64,000 bases of DNA from Selaginella moellendorffii (taxonomy: Eukaryota; Plantae; Lycopodiophyta): NCBI RefSeq assembly GCF_000143415.4, contig NW_003314263.1:3544451-3608450 (forward strand). The letters are read 5' to 3'. The notes below the pieces were generated by a model. That model did no database searches. It was given only the letters and a program-made list of their open reading frames with translations, and was not told the origin of the DNA. Made by a program: the position numbers and the translations under genes. Below, in pieces: positions 11,799 to 23,900 of this stretch (position 1 is its first letter; the number at the start of each line of letters is the position of its first letter).

Positions 11799-12805
11799 TT
11801 ACCATGGGAATGATAGAGCAAACTCCTTCACTCTAGACATGTCAGGCTGCGGCTCCAAGTAGTCAGTCCCGTCTTCCTTCTTATACCCTTTAAACTTGAA
11901 GTCCCGAAACTGATACCCTGTTGGGACGATGAAGATGAGCCAGTAGTAAGGTGGCGGCAGAGTACCTCGGCACGAATACCAACGATCACCACCTCCAGGA
12001 CCGGAGCCCAGAAAATCTTGTGATCCAAAGAGTAAGTACACTGGATGATAAAGGCTATTTCGTCAAACCGTACTTGGCAATTTTCAAGTCGGTGGATTCG
12101 TTTCTTGTCCCAGATATTGTCAAGGCTTGCGAATCCTACAGACTGCAGCTTCGGAAGCAGTGCCTTGGTGGTAGAATTGGGCTTCAACCAAACCCTGCAT
12201 TTTCTCATTCTTCAATGGCTGTCTTGGTTTATCCCTCCCCAGGTTTGCGGCCACCTTGGAAACTTCCCAACGACAAAGCCTTTTTGGGCTTCAACTCAAA
12301 CACTGGGAGAGGTTTTTCTGGTGTTACCAAATCCTTGTAATCACCTACACCATCCTGCAGCTTCTTTTGGACGTTTTTCTCAAAGAACTTCCCAGACAAT
12401 GTGTGGGTGTCAGGAACTCTTTTGTGGAAGTCAACTGACTTTCTCATGTCCTGGCCTCTGGTACTTATCAACTAAATCCTCCACAAAGGTGGAACCACTT
12501 CAACGTAAACTGCCGATAATGGAGAGGTAATCAGACATGAAGGGATCTTTGTCCGCACCAAATGCTACATGCCTTATCATTGCCTCTCAGCTTGGGGCCT
12601 TGAGACACTGCTTTTGTCATGATATCTTTTAGGCTTTTGCTAGTCTTCGTTATATCTAACACTTCTCTAGGTAGGCCCCCAAAGTAGTAGAAATGTTGTG
12701 CAAACTCTTCATCCATGAATCCCAAGTTTGGAGCATTGCACTCCATCAACTCTTCAAGTGTTCATGCTTCCAAGTGAAAAGGCACGCCCACGTCCTTTGC
12801 GAACT
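11799..12805 (-). pseudogene. Crinkler/RHS-type protein 3' part (NTPase C-terminal helical region plus REase-fold domain), frameshifted and 5'-truncated
   Basis: Motifs in family order across frames: (W>*)TLEELM, FYYFGGLPREVL, GKFFEKNV, P...GFASLD, IIQCTYSLDHKI and WLIFIVP. Confidence 0.6.
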
Positions 12806-14580
12806 TGTGAGGAAACAATTTTGGGATTAATATTAACCCATATAGCTTAAAGGATGGCTAAGTTAATTTTAGTCAGTTTAGGTTCTAATCCAGGTTTTTG
12901 GGATACAGGTGGAGTGAGTAGTGATGCAGAGGGCTTGGGGCTGCGTGGCAATTTACTTTGCATCAGTGTAATAATTCTTCTCTAAGTTTTAACAATTGGT
13001 ATTAAAGGATAGAGTTCAAGAATTTATAAACTTGCTGTAATGGATTCCACAGTGTTAGTTGCTAATCAATATGTGGAGGCTTGGATGATGGATGAGGTGG
13101 TGTTAGCCCTCAATAACAGTATTAAAGTTTAGATGTGGCCTTCGATATTGTACTAAGCCAGTACAAATGTAAACAATTTGTTTTAAGGACAAAACCATAT
13201 TCAATTATGGGAGGAAAATTATATAAGCTAGGATGAGAAAATGTATTATAAAGATGTGTATAATTTGAAGAAATTCAAGATTTACTTGAAAAAGTGCACT
13301 ATAGATAAACAAGAGGATATTTTGCAAAAGAAATCATAACTTGAAAGATTTTACAAGCAAGACTTAAGGCTTTTTTATTTTAACAAAATTTTTTCAAGAA
13401 TGTGACATTTATTAAATAACCAAATATACACTGAAAAAGCAGGTTTAAAAACTTCATCTTATAACTCCTCTTAAACCACTTCAATGATGGAAACTTGAGT
13501 TTATAAAACTAATTACAATTGATTGAACTTCAACCCATTTTATCATTTAGTTAGTATTTATGAGCATATACTTGTTTCACTTGGAACTTCAAATAACACA
13601 ACAAAGTTCATCTACAAAAATATTATCAAACCTTGGAATCTCTCAATATACCAAAAAGTGCATCACAATATGTTAAAATCATTTACCATAGTATAAAGAT
13701 AAGACAATAGACAATGTAACAAAATCCAATATAAAGTATGTGGGGATAACATTGAAGAAAATCATGAGCATGAGGCTCAATAATCCAAGGACTTCAAATA
13801 CAAAACTTGAAAGTTTAGATGCAAAAAGACAACTCTAAGAAGACTTTCAAAAATCAATCTTGAAAATTCAACTCAACAAAAATTCTTAAACTTTAAATTC
13901 ACTAAACCAAGAAGACAATATAATCTACTAAGATTTATTAACAAATGTGCATAAGATCAAGAAAAAATGAGTTCTATAAAAAAATAACAACAAGAAAAAG
14001 AAATTTCAAGCTAGAGATTTAAATCCAAATCACCCAACACCTATTCAAATTTGGAGTAAGGGTGGAATCTCTATCCCTAGCATTAAGAAAAGGAAATAGG
14101 AAAATGAAGCACACAAGCATGTAGCATCATTAAAAAATTATCAATCCCAAAGTACTTAGGATGATTGGGGTGAATTTTCTCTCACTTTACAATCTAATTT
14201 GGAAGAAAATCAAAGATCTCAACAAATAACAATATAAAGTTAGACTTTGTGAGTTCTTAAAGATCATGGCAAAGCTATATAATGTTAATATTGTCCAAAG
14301 TCTTCTCCTGATATACAAGGAAAACTTCATGCACATTAATGACTATAAATTTGTTATGAATGCTAAGTATTTTATGTGGGCTTTCAAGAAGAGCGAGTGA
14401 CATCAATCCCACACATGAAGGGGATTCCACTGAAATGCATTAAAGTCTTTGAGAATTACAACTTTTTGCAAATGATCTAATGGGGGCTTGAGCCAAGGTA
14501 ATGCCATTTCTCAATCTTCTTAGACCAACAAATTTAATGGAGAGATTGAAACCCTAAGTGATCAAGACTTGCATTAAGAG
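12806..14580 (+). mobile_element. Old decayed LTR-retrotransposon fragment
   Basis: Candidate LTR TG(12806)...CA(12994) is followed by a degenerate iMet PBS (TGGTATTAAAG). The AT-rich ORF-less interior has faint protease- and integrase-like traces. Confidence 0.45.
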
Positions 14581-15824
14581 CTATTTTTGAACTTTTTTGC
14601 CACCCAATTGAAACATGACATGTGGCAATTTTGGGTGTACCTACATGTCATGGCAATCCAGGCTGGCATGAATTGGATTCATATGTGGCATTCCCCATGC
14701 CAACACAATCATGTTTTGATTGCTATTATAACAATTAAAATATGATTGTTGAAAACCAAAAATATATCCGTATGTTTGTAAATAAAATATGGACCAATGT
14801 GAAATCACATATTAATTGCCATGGTTATAAGTATATTAAATATAATACATAACAAGAATCTTTAATATAGATCATATTTTGTTCTCTCACTATTACAAAA
14901 CTGAGACACAATATGATAAATAACTATATTAAGCACTATATAATAGGTTGGCTTATAATCGCCTTAATATAATATCAAATTTAACAGGAAATAATTTTTA
15001 AACACATAGAATATTTATTGTTAATGTCTATTAAATTTCAAATTTATTTATATATAATATAAAAGGTATTTCTAAAATTTTCAGTGGTCTTGTAATGGCT
15101 AGCACCATGGCCTAGAGCAGGCAGCCTTGAGCGCCATCGCTGCTATGGCTAGGTTGAGCAAGCTCTAGTGTTGTGGCTGCTATTGGCTACTAGGCGATGG
15201 CCAAGGGTGTGGAGGCGTGGTAGGCTGCCATGGCTAGGCTTCCAGTGCCATAGCTGCCATGGCTGGTTGTGCATGCTCAATTGCCTCATGGCTAGGCTAA
15301 GTTGTGCATTGTAGGATCAAGAACATTCACCCACAAGAGCAGCTCAGCAATGGATGGCTTGGCATGATTGATAAAAGCTTTATGATTATAATTTTTCAAT
15401 TCCAGCAAATTTACCTTTTTTTCTTTTTTCTGTCCTTAGGTTTGGACTCTAATTCCAGTAAGATGTTTTATTCTCTTCTAAACGCTTTTTCATTTTTGTT
15501 AGAATAAACATGCCACAAATTTAAGAGAACCTGCTTCTCTGATGTTAGTAGCATGACAATTGAGAGGAGACAACAACAAAGCTATGGATGACTTAAGCAA
15601 TGGTGCTTAAGCCATTGCAGATATCCCATGTTAAGTCTGGTTAAAATGCTATTTTTTATTATAACTAAATTGAATATTTAATTTTATTCCAAAAGGTAGC
15701 TCAACCATATATACTAGAAACTATTTCTACTCTAATTGTAGACTAAAATTATTTGTATTTAATTCAATTGGAACACCTAATTTTGTATCTAATTAAATTG
15801 AAAAAACACAGTGTCACAAAAAAT

Positions 15825-16150
15825 TCAATGTGTGTTCCAACTCTGTTTCCATGACTGCTTGCGAACAAAGCAATGATCGCTGCATAGCAGCATAGAATGC
15901 TTTGAAAGATCTGCAAAAGAATCGCGAAAAAAGAGCAAACTCATGTTTGGGATGATGTTAACTGCGGTACAAAGCAATGCTGCAATGGCGGTGATAACAT
16001 TGAAGATCCGGAAAGTTATCACGCTTCCCTGCGAGGAGCTTTGTTCGTGATGGGAAGACTGGCCGCCCTGATGATCTTCCCTAGCTCCATCGGTCAATCC
16101 CTTGTTTGATAACTCACTGCTTTGGACAAACAACGAGGAAAACAAATCAA
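15825..16150 (-). pseudogene. Truncated, internally deleted copy of the TVP15-like gene at 10336-11236 (exons 1-2 only)
   Basis: GLTDGAREDH..QSSHHEQSSSQGS..ITFRIFNVITAIAALLCTAVNII is retained. The upstream region 16150-16650 also matches 11250-11770. Confidence 0.85.
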
Positions 16151-17037
16151 CCAATTAGCAAAAACACGGCGATGGAGAATCCGAGAAAGAAACATTATCG
16201 CTAAATTTGGACCTATCAATCGATTTATCGAAGAGGAGTGCCACAGCCAAATGCTCCTTTCACACCTCGGTGCGAGACAAAGGGCTACGTGGCTTCGTGT
16301 TTTTAAAAGTTTTTTTGAGACCTTGATAAGAGAGAGGAGGGAGGGGTGAAAAACTATTCACAACGCGCTGCAAACACGGTGGTGGTAGTGGCGTGGTTAA
16401 ATCATACCCGAGAATTCGAATATTCTAAAGCGATCCGTGTACCAACTTGTGTGGCTGATTGGTGTGGTTCTACTTTTTTTTGCTACAAAGTAGAATATTA
16501 ATTGATATGTCGTGGGGTGGAATCGAATGTTTTAGGGGGGAAGGAGCAAGAAATCCACACTACTGCTTTGTTCTCAAAATTGAAACATTTTGATTGTTTC
16601 TTCGTTCGTCCATTGCACTTTAGATTCTCTCTCCAATATCAAAAACTTGGTATTAACATGTTTTAATCCTGTTTTAAGCACCAGTTAAGATTAGCAACAT
16701 AAAAAAAACCTCAGCTAATACACCACCCTGATGATAGTGTCTTAAGCTCCACGCATTTCATTTCATCATCAGGCTCCTAAAGAAGAATCCCTCCTTGTGT
16801 CCAAATTGGAATCCGATGATCAGGATGATTCCAGTGGGGGAATATCTGTCCAGCTTTCCACACCAAGTTCTCGTGAGAAGTTCTTTCTGAGAGAGCGCTT
16901 GGTTCGTCACCACAGAGAAACATTCCTCCACCATTTTTAAGCTTTTGCTCCATCCCACTTATTTAAAGAGCTCACACTCCGCAAGTTGGACCTCCTACAC
17001 ACACTCTCAAAGAGAAGAGAAGATTGATAGTGAAAAG

Positions 17038-19776
17038 ATGGACGCGTTAGCTTCCGACAGCGTCCCATGGCTGTCACGGCTGCTATCCGCTCTAAGAACT
17101 GGAATTGCATGCTTACTTGTCTTGCTTGGTGTGTCCAAAGCCAGCCGTTTTGTTGAATTCCCCGTCTTTGGATATGTTGTCACAGTTCTCGTGCTCAGCG
17201 AGTCGGCACTCGGCAAAGCTCTCGAAGATGCTGCCTTTGTCATGTATGGAACTCTCCAGGCTGCTGCATTCTCGATGGTGGTGCTGTCGATCATAGGTGA
17301 GTCAGTGGTTTCTCTCGAGTTTAACAAAAGGGAAAGCACCTGGGAGCTGATCATCGTCTTGGTTTTTGCCTCCTCCATTCCTCCAGGAACGAAGAACTTC
17401 TCGCTCGGCGTGTGCCTCACTTGTATCTTCGTCAAGAGCTTCCTGTGGAGCTATCTCCCGAACCAAAAGCCAGTGAAGAAGAGGCTCGCGCTGGCCATCA
17501 CCACCATCGTCTACGTGAATGCGTACAACAATCCCCTGACTCATCCGGTCTTCTTTCCGCTCAAGTTGACGCTCACCACCACGCTCGGCACTGTGTCTGC
17601 GATAATTGCCTTGATATTCCCCGTGCCACGCCTCTCAGCTTATCAGGTACCATTCGCTTTACTTTGAGTCATTCACCCCCCTTTAAAGTTTTTGGTTCCT
17701 CCATTCTCCCCGCAAGCCGTGTCTTGTAGGAACACTCAGCCGGCATGCCACTTTCCGTCACGATTCCGTCCAAAAGCCTTTGATCCACCTAGGAAGCCTT
17801 CCTTTCGGTCCCAACACTTCCAAGCTTCATAACCTCTGCGCTTACGTTTGTTCTTCTGCTTCACAGGTGCAATATAACACGAAGCTCTTCGCCAAGCTCG
17901 CGATGGAAAACTTTGCTGTCCTTGTCCATGCATTCTGCAGTAACGACCAAGAAGAGATCACGAGTTTGTGCCTGCAATCCAAATCAGTGCAGCGAGCTGC
18001 TTTGAAAGCGTACTCGGAGATACAGAGAAGAAAAGTAACGTACCTCAGAGAAGGAAACTCTCTCATACTGACAGTGTGTGCTACATACAGGTTGAAACAG
18101 CTTGGGAGCCTGGGGTTTTGGTTCAAGCAAGGAGTCAAGGTGAAAACGTGAGCCGAATGATAACCAACATGAATCAGTACCTGATTGGGATGAACATCGC
18201 GATTCAGCAAGGTGCAGCTGTTTCGAAGCTGGTTCAAGATATGACGAGGAACTCCTTGGAGAAACTCGGGAGCTGGAGCAACTCTTTTCTGTCAGGTACA
18301 ATCTCTAGTTTTCCAAAATCTCAAATCCAGGCCGAGAAGCAAGTCCGGATTGAGGAAGTTCGCGAAGCTCTGCTGACTCTTCATGATTATGCCGCGGCTA
18401 CTTGGAACCGCTCAGACTGTACACCGGATGAGGAATTTCGACGGATGTTTTTCCTGTTCACTGTCAAAAAGTTTGTCGAGGAGGAGATCAAGATTCTGAT
18501 GGCCGGCCAAGTTCCTGTTGCTTTGTCACATCCTGCTTGCCACCACGGTTGCAAAGCAGCAGCAATTTCAAGCGGATCAGCTCTCCCAGTTCACTCATCA
18601 AACACCACTCCAAGTAACTTAGTCGCAGCAACGAGGAGATCATTGAATCTGGCAGCGAATAAGAAAATGGTCATTGAGGCATTTAAGATCGCACTATCAA
18701 TGGTCATAGCTGTGTACCTGGGAGTGCTGTACAGGAAGGACTATGGGTACTGGTCGACTATCACAGTAGCATTGGGCCTTTTCAACCATCGCACCGGAAC
18801 GTTCAAGAGCACCAGCCTGAGGCTCCAAGGTACAGCCCTGGGAACAGTATATGGTTATCTGGTCGCATTGACAACACATCAAGCTCTACTTACCACCATT
18901 TTTGCAATATTGCCTTGGCTGGCCTTTACGAGCTTCATGAGAAAGAGCAAACTGCTGGAACTCACTGGAGCATCCACGGCTTACACCTCGGCTGTCATCA
19001 TCGTCGGAAGAAGGCGACCCGGAATTGTTCAAGACTTTGCGGTTCTTCGCATGGCAATGGCTGTTCTTGGCCTGGGGGCTTTTATGGCCGTTGAGGCACT
19101 CATCTGTTCCAGGAGAGCAGCGAGACTTGCACGCAGGGAACTCGAGCTTAACTTGAAGAAAATCCAGGAATGCATGCAGGTGATATTTGACGTGCACAGC
19201 ATAGAATGCAGTGAGTGCTTTAAAGCAGCGATACCTGAGGTGAGAAAGAAGGAGCAAACAATCAGAGATGGAGTCGAACGTCTGAGACAACTTACAGCTG
19301 AAGCAAGAGCAGAGCCTGACTTCTGGCACGCACCGTTTCATGACGGTATCTATAGCAAGCTCTGGGAGAGTCAGAGTAGGATAACGGAGCTCTTGAGTTA
19401 CCTGAGCCTCGCAACAGTCGACTTCCGGTCAGAAGGCAAACTGTTCACTGGGGGTGTCACTCGCCAACTAAAGATAAGCCAAATTGGCCTCTCAAAAACT
19501 TTCGAGTGCACTTATCAGTCCCTGCGGCAAAAAAGAAGCAAGGCCCAGCATACTGCAGACATAGAGAATCAGTTCGAAGAGTCTAGCATCAAAGACGACG
19601 CCGACACCTCACCCCCAGAAGAAATCTACAGAGATTTCCAGCTAGTGCATTCGGAAGCCGCGTTGACGATTGGAGCAATCGGCTTTTGCTGCCACGAGCT
19701 TCTAAAACAAGCCACGTATCTCAAAAAGCTGACGCAAGAGCTGCTACTGCAGGAAGAAGAAGAATCGCAGAGTTAG
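17038..19776 (+). CDS. FUSC/ALMT-superfamily (aromatic acid exporter-like) membrane transporter, 4 exons: 17038-17296, 17387-17646, 17867-18034, 18091-19776
   Basis: WLSRLLSALRTGIAC at the N-terminus, and a second TM bundle AFKIALSM...GYWSTIT...RLQGTALGTVYG...SAVIIVGRR. GT-AG introns keep the frame. Confidence 0.85.
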
Positions 19777-19946
19777 AATTGGATATTGTTCTGTAAGCAA
19801 AATGTAAGCAAGAATGCCTGCAAACCTACAGGCAAAGCATCTTTGAACTAAATTTTAAAAACTTACACTCTCAAAACCACCATATAGCGAAGATGCCAGA
19901 AACTGAGTCTCATTTAGACGTAAAACTACATAAAATACATAAATCG

Positions 19947-20826
19947 TCAACCTCTTGCAGAGAGCAAGCCTTGTAATTCACCCCTTCTCTTTTCTAGCTC
20001 CTGCAAATCCAGATTAGAGCACAATTCGCAAAATCTACGCAAGAGATACCTCGAGATCTTTAGCAGCCTTCTCGCGCTCTTTTGATTTTTCAATGCGGGA
20101 ACGCTTGAATTTTCTAATGCACAAAAGGCCCTGCCAGTTGATGCAAGAAAACCGTGGTAAAACCTCCAAGAAAACGAACAAAAGCATACTCACTGCTACA
20201 ACGTAAACTGCACCACATCCCAGGAGCATTCCACTAGCGACTTCCGAAAAGACCACTTGATAAGCACGGTCCTTGTGCTCATCTGATAGGGCCTTTGTCA
20301 TCACTGCTACACTGCAAAACAAAGCTCTCGTTAACAAAGAAGAGCGAAGAAACAAATTTTGTAAGAGAAGCTTACAAAATCTGCAGCATGCCTCGTCCAA
20401 CCCAGTACTCAAGAACCTATGCACAAAACGAGCGAGCAATCACATCGAAATAGCAGAAGAAAAGCGGTTCTAGAACTTACACGCCAGAACTTCAAGAAGA
20501 ATTCCCATTCGGTCTCGGCCACAGCGACGAAGAGCGCGATCACTACCGCGTAGCAGCGAAGAATCCCTTCAAATATCTGTTGAAACGAAACATCGAGCCT
20601 AGATGGATGTTTCACCTCGACCAGAAGAGAAACTTACATCGCGGCCATGCTTGAAGGCTCGCACCACCGAAATCACACTCACCGCAGTGCACAGCAAGGC
20701 CGAGATCGCAGTGAGAGCGCTAAATATCCGAAATGCGATCACCAGAGCGTCCGGCCCTCGCGGCTCTCGTCGATCTAGACCGCTTCTGCTGCTCTCGGCG
20801 TCGCCCTCGCTAAGAATGGAACTCAT
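19947..20826 (-). CDS. COPI-associated / TVP15-like protein, 6 exons, intact (unit 1)
   Basis: Same exon structure as 10336-11236: MSSILSEG...VLEYWVGRGMLQIF...ELEKRRGELQGLLSARG*. Confidence 0.85.
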
Positions 20827-20944
20827 CGATCGATCGATCCGCAAACCCTACTAGCGCCTTCTTTCAAAGAGAAGACAAATTTCTACCATAGCCATTCTTT
20901 TTAGGGTTCTTGGCCAATGTTTTGCTACTAACTAACTTGGCGCG
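20827..20944. promoter_or_regulatory. 118-bp head-to-head intergenic region (putative bidirectional promoter) with telo-box-like motifs
   Basis: Divergent ATGs at 20826 and 20945, AAACCCTA at 20843-20850 and TTAGGGTT at 20901-20908. Confidence 0.6.
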
Positions 20945-23900
20945 ATGGCGGGCGCTCTAATCCAGTCGTGGGATGAGATCGAAGGAAAGGTGAAGAGCAA
21001 GGTGGGACAGCTAACGGGACTGCTCCAGCATTTCACCGCTTCTTCCGAGTCGGATTCCGATATTTACTACCAGGTTTGTGCGATCGATCGCCATCTGTGG
21101 TTGATTGAATGGATATTTCGGGAGAATGGGAGATTATTTCGGGTGTTTTGGTTGTTTGTAGAATTTGGCGAGCCGGCATGACACCGAGATTGAGGAGATT
21201 CTTCGCGAAACTGTGGGGCGACTCCAGCTCTTTAGAGATGCAATGCAGTATAGCGTCGAGGGAGATCACATCAAAGCCGCGGCCGAGGTAGAGCCTTTGT
21301 TTTCCTCTTTCTTTCTTTTCTTCCTTTTCGAGGCTTATACATGAAAGTAAGAAAAATAAAATGCAGGCTGTGCGACTCGAGGCCGAGAATGAGCTCAATG
21401 CTTATAAGAAGGTAAGAACTTCGTTCCTTCCATTTTTTTGTTTTAATTCTTTTCTTCTTCTTCTTCAATAGACATCTCAAGAGCGGCAAGAAGCATTGGA
21501 GGCGACTCACAACCAAAAGATGGAGCTTGTTGAGGGGTATGATTTTCACTTTGCAACTAGGAGGAGGAATGCTTACTAGGAATGTGGTGCTCTAGAGCAA
21601 CAGGAATATGGCTTTAATGAGGGAGACGCTGGATAAAGCGACTACTGAGCTCCAGACAACGCTAGAAACAATCAGCCGTCTTTCGGATGTGTGTAAGATT
21701 CTTTTATCGCTCTCATTTGGCTAAATGCTCGCTTTCAGGAGCTTGAAGAAGTAAAGCGTTTGCACGAAAAAGAGGTAAGGTTGCTAAGTACGAACGAGAA
21801 CTTCATGCCGGTCTTTGTTTGATTTTCACCGGCCAGATTGGAAAGGAACGGATTGAAAGAAAGAGCGAGGCAGAGGCTCTTTTGCAAAAGCACGAGGCTG
21901 AACTTCGGGCCCGGATTGAACGTCAAGAGGAAGAGCAAATGAAGCAAGAGGCTTCACACGAAGACCTGATGGATGTGAGAGCTTAATCACGTGTTTTGGT
22001 CCGTATTATGTTCGGTTTGATTATTTTCTCAGCAACTTCGAGCTTATTACAAAGACGAGATCAGTCGGCTGAAGGTAAGCTAGTCAGTTGATTCGATTTG
22101 TAAAATTTTATACTTTTGCAGGTAGAGAACGAAGAGAAGGTGTCTACACTTCAACAAAACTATGATGCATTGCAATACGACTTGACTACCGAAGTAAGAT
22201 TTTAATGATCTGGTCCAGTTTCACCTATCAATGGATTTTTTTTTCTTTTCTTTTTTTTTCAGAAACTAGCCATTCAGAACAGGCTGACTGTCGTGTACAA
22301 GGAAAGGGAAGCTCTAGCAAAAGAGACGGCCATGCTGAAAGGAAGCCTCAGAGAGGCCAATTCCTTGATTGAGAATGCTCATGCGGAGCATCTACAGGTG
22401 GTTTGCTTATTCTCTTGCTTTGGTTTCCTACTTAATCGTTCTTACGCTCTTGTATGATCTCGCCACGTAAAGGATTGCAGACGAGGTCTAGTTTGGAAGA
22501 CGACATCCAAGTCCTGAAGGAAGACAACAGGCATTTGGTGCTACTCGTTTTGACTTCCTAATTATTTACATTTACAATTGCGTCATGTTGATCACTATAT
22601 CAGGAGGAGCGATTGAAAGGTGCCCTTGCAGATATGTACAAGTTGTCCGAGCATGCAGAGTAAACTCCTGGCTCTCTTTGACCGGTATAATTTTTTTCTT
22701 TCTTCCGAGTGGCCTTCTACAGTGTTGAGAAGAATGCATCTGCGACAAGCTTGGCTGAACTGGTAGTACTTCGTTTTTCTAATTTTCGACAAAAACTTGT
22801 TTTGTTTTGGCAGGAAGATACGATCCGAAGATTAAAGTACGAGTTAGATAAGATGACTAGCAGCAGTAAGAAGAAAGAGGACATTATCAGTAATGATAAC
22901 TGCAAGGTTGGGGATTGCATGGATTTTATGTTGAAGAAGCTTTTAAACTAACGTTGATTTTTCAGATTGAACAACTGCACTCATCCTTAACAAAGACCCA
23001 GAGAGAGCTGGACGTTGCATTGGCAGAGGTTTGCTGAAAGTGTTTAGGTTGTTATTGAACTTTGTCTCAACAGCTCGAGAAAGAACGATATAACATAGCA
23101 GTTAAGGACGACGAGATTCAAGAGCTAGATTCTGTGAAGAGAGGAATTGGTGAAGAAGCGTCCCAGCTGCGTTCAAGCCTTTCAGAAGTATAATCAACAG
23201 TCCAAGCTTTCTGATTTGCTTCCTGTGTTTTAGAAAGAAGACTATATTCAACGGCTGGAGGTCAGGCTTAAAATTCACGTGGCCGAACATGAGTTGAAAC
23301 TGAAAAACATGGAGGAAGACTTTTCGCGAACGGTAGTACTTTTCTTCTTTCTTGTTTATTTATATTACTGTTCCTTCTTGTGTTCTACAGAGAGAACTTC
23401 GGCGAGAGAAGCACCGGAAAGAAGTCAAGGGATTGCAGTCTAAGCTGAAGGAGCAACAACTGAAACACCTGACTCATTTAAATATTTATCAGAAAAGGGT
23501 AAGCAAATGAAACATATGTTTTGATATCAATTATAGTGTCGTGTGTGAAAGGTTGATCACCTCGAGGCTGAAATTGAGACGCTGAAAGTACATGGTGAGC
23601 ATGAGCTTAAGTCTCTGAACTCCCAAGTAACAGATCATGAAGACAATTTTAAACTGGTACGCTGAAACTGGTCGACGATGTGAGCTTTATGTTCTGATGT
23701 GAAGGTGTGCCTAAATTTTGAACGAAGACTTCAAGAATCTCAACGAAAGGGTACACAGCTGGAAGAGTCACTGGAGTTGCTGGCTCAAGAGGTAAGGAGA
23801 TTGTCTCGTGTTTATTTGATCTGAATCAGTTGATAGTTTTCAGCTTCATTCGAGAGAAAGGCAAAAGGTTGCTGACATCGAATCATTGAACCGAGAACTT

